Positions 1-11,578 of a DNA stretch of 64,000 nt are shown in pieces. A program made the translations under genes and the position numbers. The stretch is from Apus apus (taxonomy: Eukaryota), in NCBI RefSeq assembly GCF_020740795.1, contig NC_067282.1:18089172-18153171 (forward strand). Reading direction: 5' to 3'. Position 1 is the stretch's first letter, and each line of letters opens with the position of its first letter. The notes below the pieces were generated by a model. That model was not told where the DNA came from and searched no databases. It was given only the letters and a program-made list of their open reading frames with translations.

Positions 1-728
1 ATAAAAGTCTGGATGATCTGAAGAAGAAAAAGTCTAAGTCTGCAAAAGTCAAAGAAAAACCCAAAACAGAATGTGAAAACTCTTCAGATACTGTGAGTTT
101 GGATTCAAAAGGGAAAAAAAGGACTTCGGAAGCCAGGGAGGATTCAAAAGACTCAAAGAAGCAAAGGAAGGAAGATACTAAAGAAATCAAGAAAAAAAAG
201 GGAGAGGTTAAAGATTTAAAAATAAAATCTAGAGAAGACAAAAAATCATGGAAGGAGAAGCATAGAGATGCTCAGATTGACTTGGAATCAAGTACTTTAG
301 ATTATGTGTTTTCTCAAGGAACTGATAATGAAAATTCAGACTTAAATTCTGAAAACAAAGATGAGAAACAAAAGGTAGTAAGTGGAGAAGAGAGATTAGA
401 ACAAGAAATTACTGAGAAAGAGTCTGTTGCTGATAGGCATCTTGATGGATCAGGAGGTAAAGATGATGATAGTATTGATGTTAAGATTGAAAGAAAGAAG
501 AAAAAAATTCAGAAAGCTGAAGATTATAAAGAAGAAGGTAGAATAGTGGAAACTCAGGATACCTATTTAGAGAAGCAAAGCATGGAGAAAAAGCAAAAAG
601 GTCAAGAAAAAGGAAAAATGATACAAAGTGAGTTGGAGAAGGCATCACCTGCTCCTTCACTAGTTCAGAAGGGTTTGAAATTGAGCACTGATGAAAGAGG
701 GCGCAAGTCCACCGATTCAGCTGGGGAG
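1..728 (+). CDS. MPHOSPH8: MPHOSPH8 large internal coding exon (partial, enters window mid-exon); Lys/Glu/Ser-rich linker region; donor GAG|gtaagc at 728/729
   Basis: The reading frame is open from position 3 to the splice donor, codon phase 0 at the donor. The translation ...KKGEVKDLKIKSREDKKSWKEKH...LSTDERGRKSTDSAGE resembles the human MPP8 mid-region (KKGEIRDLKTKTREDPKE...STDSAEE) as recalled from memory. The ORF-track start 'M' at 93 is really a GTG codon inside the exon. Confidence 0.85.
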
Positions 729-3274
729 GTAAGCCATGTTAAGGCACTGGGGCGAGTGCTGGGTAGTTAACATATTTGGGGTATAGATATTTCAAAAAGT
801 TACTGTTAGGAGGGCAAAGTTAGTGAGCTGGGTTAAGCTAAAGAAGGGCCCACTGCACAATGTATAGGAGAAACAGAAAAATTTCTGTATTCTGAACCCT
901 GTAAAGGAGGGAACACTTCAGGAGAGAAGAGTGTCCTTAAATGTGAAAGTGTGGATTTCTCCTGTTTGTTATGTGTGCTTGCTTAGAATGAAATTTACTG
1001 TTCTTCCAAAGCATCCTGTCATGTTAACTTTATTTCCCCCATCTTCAACAGTTGCTGAGGTTTGACTCTGTTCTTCTTCTGTAGTAAGACATTCAGCCTT
1101 GAGCAACTATCCATCCATCCAGCACTGCACAATGAAGTGCACTTCTGAGCTAAAACACACACTTGATGTCTCTCAAAAGCCAGCTGTTGTACCTTACAGG
1201 CCTTAGCACCTACCTGAGAACTGGGATGCTGAAATCACTTCTCCACCCAAGCCTCCCAGATAATTGTGCAGCTGACTGGTCTTAGTAGAATTCCTGGCAT
1301 GCTTACAGAAAATGCTTAGTTTTATGACATAGTTTCCTATTAATTACTAATGCTGTGTCTGTTCTAAGAAACGAGCTAAGCAAGTACTGGAATATATATT
1401 TTTCCTTATTTAATACAGTAGTGTTTTAAGAAAAGAAGGATGGTAAAGGTGGAAGAAAAAGATGGAAAAAAAACCTTCCAGTATTTCTGCAGGGTTTCTG
1501 CAAATATAATTTCTTTCATGTGCTGCAGGCTGTTCTGATACAGTTTGTGGTTCATAAAACTTTGGCAGCTCACAGTACCTAATCAGATAAATCTTTGGAA
1601 TTCTGTTTTATTTGCTAGTAGTATAAAACTCTGGTCACCTGAAACATGAAACCAACAGCAGATAAGTTGGTTTGCTTTTGTCTCTTCAGACAGCAACTCT
1701 CAATAAGTTGTCTGCATGCCTTTCTCATGGTCGTGCTCCATGGAAGGCCATGCTTCAAGGCACTGAGGAAGCAAGGAAGACTTTTTGTTGTTTTTTTTTT
1801 TACTCTAGAAGGCTTAAGCAATATTTTCTGTAACTGATTAATTATTCTTCAGAGCAGCTGTGGACTTCTTATATGGGTGGGTTTGATGGAGAGTTCTGGA
1901 GGTTTTTTGGCTTCACTGCATTGTTGGCCCAAGCAGATAATTCTTTTCAAATATAATCATTGCATATGTGTCAGCTGCCTGTCTTTCCTTAGGCAGTCCT
2001 GAGAGCAGAACACTGCCCTGTCAGTTCATGATAAGGTATTTATTCTCTGTTTGGAGTCAGTTTGCATGCAGGGCCATTCTTTCCATTCAATTTATCTCCA
2101 AAAATAAATGTGCACTGTATGTTGTGCATCTGATAAGTATTGGGAATCTGGAATAGAATTCAGGATTACTGATTTTAACAGCCCCTCTGTGTAGCAGATA
2201 CCTGATAATCTCTTCAGTAAATTACAGGTTGTCTCCCAAATACTGACCATCTGCTGGCATTAAAAACGGTCAGTGCTACTGGTTACTTACATAAGTGATC
2301 AAAAGCTGAGGTTGAGGGGAAGGTGAGAAAGGCCATTAAATGTCTCAGCTCTGCTAATATACTGTGATACACCAAATTAATCTATTTTAAGTTTTTCCTG
2401 TGTTAAAGACATGGTATCATTTAAGGATAAATTCAGTCTGGATGTCTTGTAGGGTCACTTTCTGGGACAGTTTTTCAGAAAGCCGGTGCTACTCCATGTC
2501 TCTGGTTAGTGTCAGGGCTGATACAAAGCCATTCCAAGGAGCTTTGTCCCACCTATCTGCAGTTTGGAATTTGCTGGCTTAATGGAGAGAGAGGATTACA
2601 GGAGGAGAAAGGCAACCTTTGGTGAAGGTGGTTGAAGTCTGTTCTGGTGAATATTATATATTTACATCTACCATAAATTTCTTCTGTGATGCTGGATATT
2701 ACTAATCTCAGTCTTCTAGGTGGATATAGTGGGCTTGGGTGGACTTTTCTGAATGTCTGTTTTTCACAAATTACTCTAGCCTTAACATCCTGTAGATGTA
2801 AATTGGAAAACTTTGAACCTTCTATATACAAATGTCAGGTTTTCTCAGCTGAGGTTCACATCAGTGCTGTCATATCTGCTTTGAATATGGTGCTACAAAT
2901 GTGTTAAATACTGTGAGATATTTACATTATATTCAGGTTCAGTATTTGGAACAAATGAAAAGTTTATAATTTTTAATTTCCTCCAAAGTGCTAGTTTTGA
3001 CATATCTGCACCTCATGCCATAAAGCATCTTGCATGGCTAGGATGCAGGAAAAATCTGAGCTGAAGTTTTTTATTTTGGAAATCTCACATCGCTTGCAGA
3101 GGAAGCCTTCACAGACTTAACTCCTGACTCACGTGTTTAATTGTTTTCTTAGGAATATCCACAAGTCTGTTGTATACATATTTCAGTAGTATTAATTTTA
3201 AATATATTTCATTGTTGGGATGGTAAAAATTTATATTCAATTTCTCCTCTACCACTTTAATTTCATCTTCTCAG

Positions 3275-3377
3275 TATCAGGAGAAAGAAGTAAAGAAAGT
3301 TGAAACAAAAGAAAAATCTCCAAAAAAAGAGTCTGAAAAAGAAGAAAAGAGCAGAAAAGAACAAAAGGGCCTAAAAA
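3275..3377 (+). CDS. MPHOSPH8: MPHOSPH8 exon (YQEKEVKKVETKEKSPKKESEKEEKSRKEQKGLK); acceptor tctcag|, donor aaaaa|gtaagt; phase 0 in, phase 1 out
   Basis: A polypyrimidine tract plus AG precedes the exon and a GTAAGT donor follows it. The Lys-rich peptide continues the MPP8 linker (human ...KEKYQKRHDSDKEEKGRKEPKGLK). The phase fits both neighbouring exons. Confidence 0.75.
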
Positions 3378-4480
3378 GTAAGTGCTTACTCCTTAAAAGA
3401 GAGAATGGAGAGACCCTTCAGGACATTCTCCTCTTATTTCTACAAGAGTGGATGTCATATAGTTTTGTAACAGATGCCACTAACAAGAATTTTTGCTTTT
3501 ATTTTAGGAAGTAAAAGTCTGCTGTTTAATGGCTTTGCTACTATATACTTCATGGGAGAGTTCTAGGTACTGCCATGTATGACAAGTCGAGATTTTGCCC
3601 CTTTTTCCTCTAATACTGTCAACTTTACTTATGTAGCATGTAACAGTAATGGGTTTTTTAGAGCAATTCATCACACTTTTGGCTATTTCCAGAGCTGTTC
3701 TGATGATACTATGAATACACATTTCCTGTGTTTAGAAAAATTAGTAGAGGTTCCCATCAGACAAACTTCTTGCCTCTTGCTTTAACCATCACGACGAGTT
3801 ACAATATATGACCCTTAGAATATCACCAGAGCTGGCTGAATTGATGCATGGAGAAAAATGTCTAGGTTTTATTTCTATTCTTAAGAGTATAATGGAGAAA
3901 TAATGTTACCACTCTAGATCTCAGTAAAATTTTTGTTGGTTTTTTTCAGGATAAATGTCCTCACTACTCTGATGAGGATTAATTGAGAAAAATTAGACAG
4001 CTCCACCTTTGATAGTCATGAATGGATATAGGAGAAGCTATGATGCTTCAGGTAGCTGTTGCTAGAGAGTATCTTTCACTGAAATTGCATAGATGCTTAC
4101 AATGTTTAAGGAAAATAGTAACAAACAGAATTACTGGTCTTTATACAGCACAGTCCTTCGTCTGTTCATCACAGATATTGAACTATATTTTCCAAGTAGT
4201 AATTTACACTTAATTCTAAATTGCATTAAAAACAGGATGGTACCATGTTGAAAGCAGTCAGAATTCAGATTTGCCAGGGTAGCTGGAGGTGAACTAGCTC
4301 TCCCTAATTTTTGGCTTATATTGTTAAGCTTGCTCCTATGCCTCAGCAATTACTAACTTATGGAAAGAGAAGAGAATCAGACCTTTTCTAGATGGACTCT
4401 GGTCATGCACTTAAATTTGGTTATGTAATAGTCTTTAGTGGCTCAACTAGTCACTCTTGGTAACTGTCTTAATATTCTAG

Positions 4481-4726
4481 GCTTTAAGGACATCAAAAGT
4501 GTATTTGACTTGTTTAATGTAGCTTCAGAAGAAAAAAGGGAATATTCTGAGAATAACTGCAAAAGAGAAGAATCTTCGTTAGAATATAAATTCATAGAAG
4601 AATTAAAATCAAAAGGCAGCAAGGTGTACAAGGAGCGGAAGAACCTAGATGAGACAGACACATGGACTCGCATTGCTGCAGAAGGTGATGGAGAAGTAAT
4701 GGATGTGTGTCAAATGGAGAGCTCTG
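4481..4726 (+). CDS. MPHOSPH8: MPHOSPH8 exon (SFKDIKSVFDLFNVASEEK...ETDTWTRIAAEGDGEVMDVCQMESS); acceptor ttctag|, donor ctctg|gtgagc; phase 1 in/out
   Basis: This is ORF 4438-4737 trimmed to its splice sites. It resembles human MPP8 (...LKEIRNAFDLFKLTPEEK...DETDTWAYIAAEGDQEVLDSVCQ). The junction codon a+gc gives Ser. Confidence 0.85.
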
Positions 4727-5176
4727 GTGAGCAGTAGAAACAAATGCAGGGGCAAGTTTAGCACTGGCAATTAATATTTTCTCCATTCCTGCTTGCATCT
4801 TTTAGTGCTCCAATTCTTAACCTCTCAAGGAGACTGAAATGATGTTTTCTTTTGAAACTTAAAACTGTTCAGTGTGCTTCCAGTGTGTGTTTCTGCTGTT
4901 ACTGTAATGGAGTGCTCACCATCTCTTACCACTTCAGGCTAATTTATAGCAACACATAAGCAGTTTCTTTCAAGTAAAAGCATTTCATGTAGTCTTGGAA
5001 CATAGCCTTCATTGTTTGGAACCATTCCACGCTGAATTCCAGGTTCTTTTGAATGGAAAGTGCTAAAATGTTAAGCTGCTGATCGTTGAAGCAATCGCAA
5101 GAAGTGATGGGAATTTATAAATTACTTACTACTTGTTTTATGTTTTTTTTCTTCCATAAAATCAAACACATGATAG

Positions 5177-5302
5177 ATGGCAAGCAACAAGTCTTGAGTT
5201 TGGGTATGGACATGCAGTTAGAATGGCTGACACTAGAAGACTTTCAGAAGCATCTTGATGGGGAAGATGAGAACCACGTGTTAACAGAACCAATATCAAA
5301 TA
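5177..5302 (+). CDS. MPHOSPH8: MPHOSPH8 exon (DGKQQVLSLGMDMQLEWLTLEDFQKHLDGEDENHVLTEPISN); acceptor gatag|, donor aata|gtgagt; phase 1 in/out
   Basis: This is part of ORF 5086-5310. It resembles human MPP8 (...GRQQILSLGMDLQLEWMKLEDFQKHLDGKDENF...). The polypyrimidine tract sits some distance upstream of the AG. Confidence 0.8.
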
Positions 5303-5388
5303 GTGAGTAGTTGCTGAGAGAAGGGGGCATTTCTTAGCTGGTGTTTCAAGCTGAAATACCCTATAACTGCATTGAATTTATTTTATAG

Positions 5389-5477
5389 CTCTTCTGAGGG
5401 ATGCTGTTAAAAGTGGAGATTATATGACAGTAAAGATGGCACTTTCTTCAAACGAGGACTATAATCTGGATCAAGAG
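5389..5477 (+). CDS. MPHOSPH8: MPHOSPH8 exon, start of ankyrin-repeat domain (T-LLRDAVKSGDYMTVKMALSSNEDYNLDQE); acceptor tttatag|, donor caagag|gtaatt; phase 1 in, 0 out
   Basis: Splice sites flank the exon. The peptide resembles human MPP8 (NVLRDAVKNGDYITVKVALNSNEEYNLDQE). The junction codon a+ct gives Thr. Confidence 0.85.
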
Positions 5478-6611
5478 GTAATTTTTCTGCAGTAAAAGTA
5501 TTGGAGGGAGGTGTGAGGGAAAAGGACATATTTGGATTTTTTTTTTTTAAGTTTTCCTATCTTGCTTGTAGCAGCTTTCTCCCTCACCTTTGAAAAAAGG
5601 CACAATGTGAGAAAAGGGAGAACAGAAGTTGAGGCTTTAATATTTTTTATCCGTTTCTTCCAAAGAAAAAATCAAATTTGATACTGGAGTAGGTTTGATA
5701 GAAGCATCCCAGCAGCTGGATTTGTAGCAAATTTGCCCATTGCATTTAACTGGGTATTACACACAGAACTTTATATGGTATAAGAAATAACAATATCCAT
5801 CAGGTGAAGTGGCTAAACTATGTAAAATATCTACACATGCAAAAAAATCTGAATGTTCTGTTTGACAGGCTGGGACCACTTCACTCCATGAATAAGTATT
5901 TTCCTGCCAGTTCATCAGCTGTGCTCTTACTATGTTTTCTGTCAATGATCTGTTTTCCTGTTGAATAGTGCTGTGGTTCCATTTCTGAGGATTAAAATCT
6001 TTGGTATCAGTATTTTCTACTGCTGATCTTGCATAGTTGTATTATGTAGCATCTTGAGAACTCTACATTGCACTGAAACTTGTGTAGTGTAATAGAAAAG
6101 TTGCCAAATTAACTACTGAGGCCAGCATGCGTTCTTTGAATTGTAGTGTCTGTGTGAAAACACAAGAATGAGTGAGAAGACTGGCTGCTCACAGAAGTTT
6201 CTTCATACTCTGATAAAACCCAAAAAGCAGTGTTGGAGTAGCAGCTGACTTGAGCCACTGTGTTTTTCCTCCAGTGACCCCTGATTTCTTTTTCCACTGT
6301 TTTGCTGCCTTCCCCACCCTCAGATACCTTGCTGCCTTTCTTCCTGGTTCATTCTGGTTTTCCTTCTTGTTCTGGTCCTCAGAATGTTAATGTGATTTGC
6401 AGATTGTGTCAATGAAAGAAGTGGGATGTGATAGCTTGTTAGCATCTGGCAGCCATGTACGTGTGAATTCATCTGCTGGAGAGGGGAATTTTTGTGAAAC
6501 CTGTTGATGCACTTGCAGTTTTTCTGTCACAGCTTTGATTTATCTTAAAGTATTTGATTTTTATTATTTTTAGTATTTATTTTTTTTTAATGGCAATGAT
6601 TCTTGTTGCAG

Positions 6612-6752
6612 GACTCAAGTGGAATGACCCTAGTAATGCTTGCTGCTGCTGGTGGGCACGATGACCTTCTCCGGGTCCTAATCAGGAAAGGAGCTAAAGT
6701 TAATGGTAGACAGAAGAATGGGACAACAGCGTTGATACACGCAGCTGAGAAG
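6612..6752 (+). CDS. MPHOSPH8: MPHOSPH8 ankyrin-repeat exon (DSSGMTLVMLAAAGGHDDLLRVLIRKGAKVNGRQKNGTTALIHAAEK); acceptor ttgcag|, donor gagaag|gttggc; phase 0/0
   Basis: This is part of ORF 6603-6845. It shows the canonical ANK consensus (G-TPL--AA--GH---V--LL--GA--N) and closely resembles the corresponding stretch of the human MPP8 repeat. Confidence 0.92.
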
Positions 6753-6823
6753 GTTGGCTTGATTATTGTCGTATTTGTGGTTCTTGGCTCTTTTACTTAT
6801 GTTTCACAGTGGGACACCTTTTC

Positions 6824-6840
6824 CGCCCCGCCCCCCCCCC
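6824..6840. repeat. C-rich homopolymer tract (ccgccccgcccccccccc) in the intron about 70 nt downstream of an ankyrin exon
   Basis: The tract is visible directly. Confidence 0.85.
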
Positions 6841-7490
6841 TGTGAGTGATGCCTAAAAAGTAGTTCAGGATATAGCAGTGTGACCTTAACTGCACAATTT
6901 GTAAATAAGTTCTGATCACAAACCCTGCCCTGAGTAGAGAATATCATAGGGTGAGCTAGGGGAAAGAGGAGGCAAAGGATATCTCTCAGTTCGTCTGTCA
7001 TGGGGGCTGAAGTTCATGTGTTAAAATTGCTTGTTAAGATCTTTGGCTACCCAGAATCCAAACTGGGGACACAGAGCAAATCTCTGATTAAGCGGGGTTT
7101 ACTGTCTGAGAGTTGGGAGATGGAGACAGTGGCAAGATCTCCCCAAACTAAAAGCAGCTAAACAAGTAAGCTAGAGCATGTATCGTGGGTGGGCTCCTTT
7201 GTTCAAGTTGGTTCATGTGTTTTTCTGTGTACAGTAGATACAAGGCAAAAGGGAGCTTGATTCCAGTTTAGTGATTAATGCCGACATAGTTTTCTTCCCA
7301 TGGTGATCACTATTGCAAGATTTAAAGAAAAGAAAGTTGGGAATACTCATGGCTGTCCACTTGCCTGAGTGTCATGCCTTATGCTTTGGATTTTACTGAT
7401 AGATTTAAAATAAATGTCACTTTATATTCTGAAAAAGAACCAGAATATTTTCTACTTACTTGTCTTGTGGTTTTGGCATGTTTTTTTCAG

Positions 7491-7577
7491 AATTTTCTAA
7501 CAACAGTAGCTATTCTTCTGGAAGCTGGGGCATATGTGAACATGCAGCAGAGCAGTGGTGAGACTGCTTTAATGAAG
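7491..7577 (+). CDS. MPHOSPH8: MPHOSPH8 ankyrin-repeat exon (NFLTTVAILLEAGAYVNMQQSSGETALMK); acceptor tttttttcag|, donor atgaag|gtaaag; phase 0/0
   Basis: This is part of ORF 7374-7604. It is a very close match to human MPP8 (NFLTTVAILLEAGAFVNVQQSNGETALMK). Confidence 0.92.
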
Positions 7578-9153
7578 GTAAAGTCAGTGTTTGTCCTGAC
7601 ATGATTTAATAGTAAATACTTTTGGCAAACTAATAAAATATAAAAGCGTATTTGTAGAGTAGATTTAGGGACCATTAACTGTATTTGAAATATAAATACT
7701 ACTCTTGGTTATTCCAGGCAGTGTTTTAATCCATTTTGTTAATGTACTATTACATCCACGCAATAAATACAGATGCCATAAGCATACAGTGCTAGATGTG
7801 GCTCATAATCCTCTTCCATTGCTTGGCTCAAAGAAATGTGGATATGGTGTTAAAACTGAGATAACCTGATTGTCAACAGAAAAAATCCAGAAAGGAGAAT
7901 CTTTCACTTATGTGTTGCTGTGATTGACTTTTGTCATTTTATCGAAGGCCAGAAATAAAATAACCAGTTTGCAGTCTCCTTCCCACTGGCTGTTCTGCAC
8001 CTTTACTCCTGCCCATCACAAAGGAAATTTTAATTATTTTTTTTTTGCTTTAATGAGAAAATTCTAAGACTCATAAAATGTGTTCTTCTTAGTATTTTTT
8101 TTCTTATATAAAAGTAATTTTGCCAAAATTCCCCTTCCTGATAAACTATACTTATGTGTAGACTCTTTAAGGCAGCTTTTTTGCAGAAGAGATTACCAAA
8201 GCTTTTCTGTTCAAAATAGTGTGCTATTTTTTCTCTTCTGTCCTCTGCAAGGGTTAGTAAGTGTGGAGTATCCACATTTTCTATAAAGAAAATCCTAACA
8301 GACTTGTGTTTTTTATTTGGGGGGCAGGTGGGTTTATTATTAATGGGAGATTATGCATTGAAAGCACGGGTGAAATTTGAGACCTGGGACAATTTTAAGA
8401 AGTTAACTTCTGAAAGACCTAATGAGGATATAAATATATGTCTCTCTTGCCTTTCCCTAATTTGTCTGAGTGAAGTGTTTGAAAACAAGTATCCAAGAGC
8501 ATGTGTTTGCATTCTGCAAAGGGAAACGTTCTTTAGAATGTCCTGTACTTTTGTCTTGAGCCCACGTGCCCTGAAATTCTTGCTGTAAATGACATTGAAC
8601 AGCCTTGCACACTTTGGCAGTTGATAACAGCGACCCTCTAACACAGCTAAATAACAATTTGGGGCAAATTCTGTTAATTTACTGCACACCTGGAGTACCA
8701 TTTGAACTGAGATTCCTAGAAACAGACACTTCCAAGTGCCATTCTGAATGTTTCTACAGAAATCCATTGATTCAGGTAAACAATTGCAAGAAAGTTTACA
8801 GTTGCTGAACCCCAGCAGATGAGGTGTTTTCACAGAACTTTTGACGTTTGTTTTATCAGTTGGGGTTTGTTTGTGCGTTTTTTTCCTAATTAAGTCAATT
8901 TGGTAACCTTGTGTGCTGCTGCTTCTCTGGGATCAGTTGTGTAGTGTTGCCTAGATAGAGATGAAAAGTTACTGGAGTGTGATCCTGAGTTTGGAGCTGT
9001 GTTAGCATTCAGAGCACGTACCTGAACTTGTTTTCTGAATTGTAGCTAATTTTGGATTTTAATTCATTTCTGCAGTTCTTCTTACTTCAGTTTTATGCTC
9101 TAACGAGAGATTTGTCTTTGTTGTCTGTTCTTCCATCTTCACTCTCTGCACAG

Positions 9154-9308
9154 GCTTGTAAAAGAGGGAACTCTGACATAGTGCGGCTTATGATTGAAAG
9201 TGGAGCAGACTGTAACATCCTGTCAAAGCATCAGAACAGTGCGCTGCATTTTGCTAAACTATGTAATAATGTGCTGGTGTATGAGCAGCTCAAGAGTCAT
9301 TTGGAAAC
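9154..9308 (+). CDS. MPHOSPH8: MPHOSPH8 ankyrin-repeat exon (ACKRGNSDIVRLMIESGADCNILSKHQNSALHFAKLCNNVLVYEQLKSHLE-T); acceptor tgcacag|, donor gaaac|gtgagt; phase 0 in, 2 out
   Basis: This is part of ORF 9052-9312. It matches human MPP8 (ACKRGNSDIVRLVIECGADCNILSKHQNSALHFAKQSNNVLVYDLLKNHLET). Confidence 0.92.
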
Positions 9309-9653
9309 GTGAGTAAACTGTACTTTGAAGCTTGTTCTGGTAAAGTTTGCAGTACTGGGATGGCCTGGTTTTGGTTTAAGTCTAGGGGAAACGGGAGATT
9401 TCAAGAAAGAAAAAAGCTGCTTTGGGCAGAAAGCGAACCAGTCATGTGAAATGGAAATAATGTGAGCTAACAGAGGCAGCAGACACTTGCTGAAACACTT
9501 CAGTAAAAAGATCAAAAGGAGTAAAAGGGAATTACTAGAAGTGAAAGATTCCTTAAACTAGAAATATAACAATTGGGAAAACAAGTGTATATGGGCAGTT
9601 GAATATCAACTGTTTATTTGTGCATGCTAAATGAAACACCTTGCTCAAATAAA

Positions 9654-9728
9654 AATAACTAAAAAAAAAAAGAAATAAGAAAAAAAAAAACCAACAAAAA
9701 AAAAAAACCCAAACAACACCAAACAAAA
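9654..9728. repeat. A-rich low-complexity tract (aaaaataactaaaaaaaaaaagaaataagaaaaaaaaaaaccaacaaaaaaaaaaaacccaaacaacaccaaacaaaacc)
   Basis: The tract is visible directly. It could be the poly(A) tail of a degraded retroposed element. Confidence 0.7.
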
Positions 9729-10340
9729 CCACCATGAAGTCAGTGCAGATAGTTAGAGTGTGGGACCCTTAACCATCAGCTGTGAGCTGGGAGTGCCAGG
9801 GGTAAAGCTTTCATGCCAGTGAATGATGGAAATGAAAATCATCATGCAGCAGAATGAAGAGCAGTGCAGCATATGTGTTATGTGAAGTAACATGTCATAT
9901 GGACATGGAAAAATACACTGAGCTGATCAATACGGATGCTAAATGGATACAAAGAGGAGCAAACTCTTGCAGTATCAGTTTGGAATCTACCTTAACAGAA
10001 ACTGCCTTGTAATGTTTGCTGATCTGTGCTGTAATAGTACCACATTCTTACTCTGTTTCAAGTAGTTCTGAGTTCTCTTTCCTTTAAATCCTTATTAAAT
10101 ACTAAGTTTAAGATACTAAGTCTAAAAAGTAAGATCTATAAGCAAACATTCCTATGTGACCATTGCAGTAGCGGCCACAGAGGAGGTTAGGTGGTCCTTC
10201 TCTAAGGCAGAGAAATCTGTGGAACATAAGCACAGTGAAATGTCAGGTAAAAAAATGTTTAAGTGCAGACCAGTAAAACACAAATCCATTTCCAGGGCAC
10301 GGTTGTATTTGTCTGTGATCTCTAAAGGAACTCAGTTACA

Positions 10341-10620
10341 GGATCACAGCGACATAGAATGGCTGAGGTTGGAAGAGTTCTTTGCAGGTCATCTGGTCCA
10401 ACCCCTGCACTCCACTAGGGCCACCTAGAGCCCCATATCCAGATGGATTTTAATATCTCCAAGGATGGAGACCTCATAATCCCTCTGGGCAACCTGTGCC
10501 AGATCTCCATCACACTCACAGTAAAAATGTGTCCCCTGATGTTCAAAGGGAACCTCATGTGTTTCAGTTTGTGCCCATAGCCCTGTTTCTAGTCACTGAT
10601 CACTGCTGAAAAGGTCACCG
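10341..10620 (-). mobile_element. CR1 3'-end fragment (minus orientation) in the MPHOSPH8 intron between the last ankyrin exon and the next exon
   Basis: The plus strand reads the reverse complement of the CR1 3' end: ..cacagcgacatagaatggctgaggttggaagag...tctggtccaacccctgcac...tatccagatggattttaatatctccaaggatggagacctcataatccctctgggcaacctgtgccag...gtttcagtttgtgcccatagccctg. This is the common avian CR1 tail in antisense. Confidence 0.75.
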
Positions 10621-10815
10621 ATAAAATGTTTTATTAAGAAAGAAATAGACTTGGGGTTCATCTGTGCGTAAACGCTAGTGATGAAGACATTCAATCCTGA
10701 AAACTGGGAATCCAGGAAGGTAATCTGGAATCCTGTTTGGCATCAGCCCTCATTAAGTCTGTCTAGTAAAGTAATTTTACTCTGAAGTACAGGCCTCACT
10801 TGCTTGGTCTTTCAG

Positions 10816-10970
10816 GCTCTCAAGAGTAGCAGAAGACACCATCAGGGATTACTTTGAAGCTCGCCTGGCCTTGCTGGAGCCGGTCTTTCCAATCGCGTGT
10901 CATCGTCTCTGTGAGGGGCCAGACTTTTCTACGGATTTTAACTACAAACCCCCACAACATGTGCCAGAAG
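10816..10970 (+). CDS. MPHOSPH8: MPHOSPH8 exon (LSRVAEDTIRDYFEARLALLEPVFPIACHRLCEGPDFSTDFNYKPPQHVPE); acceptor ctttcag|, donor cagaag|gtaggg; phase 2 in, 1 out
   Basis: Splice sites flank the exon and the phase completes HLE-T from the previous exon. The peptide closely resembles the human MPP8 C-terminal domain (LSRVAEETIKDYFEARLALLEPVFPIACHRLCEGPDFSTDFNYKPPQNIPE). Confidence 0.92.
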
Positions 10971-11379
10971 GTAGGGGGCTTCTTGTTATGGTGGGGTGTT
11001 TGGTTTGGGATATTTTTTTTAAAGGTGCAGCAGCGTGTTAAGAAACTGCATTTTAAGTATGTCTTAAAGTATCTGCTATGCACAATTATTTTTGTGTTTC
11101 TTACTATATTGCCTTACATTATATTAAGGCAGCTCTGATGATGCAGTACAGGGAGGCAGCAATGTTTTGATGTGAGGGTCAGGTTGGTCTCTTAGAAAGA
11201 GATTTTATTGTCACATTTGCAGCTTCTTTCTTCTGTTCATTGGTTAGGTGAGCTCTGTAAGGGCCACATTAGCTAAGGGCAGGTGCTCCAGGAAAGGAGT
11301 GGATTACCTTAGAATTAATAATTTTTAAAAGCTTTAATCTAAGAACATACAAGAGGAAGTGGCCTCAGGTTGTGCCAGG

Positions 11380-11578
11380 AGAGATTGGATATTAGTGTTA
11401 CTGTAAGAGTTGTCAGGCACTGGCGGAGGCTGCCCAGGGAAGAGTTGTAGGTGTTTGAAAGATGGTAGCTGTGGTGCCCAGGGACATGGTTTAGTGCTGG
11501 ACTTGGCAGTGCTGGGCTAACAGTTGGACTCTGATCTTAAGGGTCTTTTCCAACCAAAACAAGTCTATGGTTCTGTCT
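11380..11578 (+). mobile_element. CR1 3'-end fragment (plus orientation) in an MPHOSPH8 intron
   Basis: ..gtcaggcactggcggaggctgcccagggaagagttgtaggtgtttgaaagatggtagctgtggtgcccagggacatggtttagtgctggacttggcagtgctgggctaacagttggactctgatcttaagggtcttttccaaccaaaacaagtctatggttctg corresponds to the CR1 ORF2 C-terminus (VVRHWNRLPREVV..LEVFK..LD..LSNLV) plus the 3'UTR tail. Confidence 0.7.

Noticed and set aside
93-770. ORF-track 225-aa ORF beginning with 'M' at 93
   Set aside because: The 'start' is a GTG inside a longer open frame running from the window edge. It is an internal MPHOSPH8 exon that ends at the splice donor at 728, not an independent gene.
10854-11138. 94-aa + ORF extending past the MPHOSPH8 exon donor at 10970
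   Set aside because: The conserved protein continues instead in the exon at 12447 (GSGILLF...) with the correct phase. The ORF read-through is intronic.
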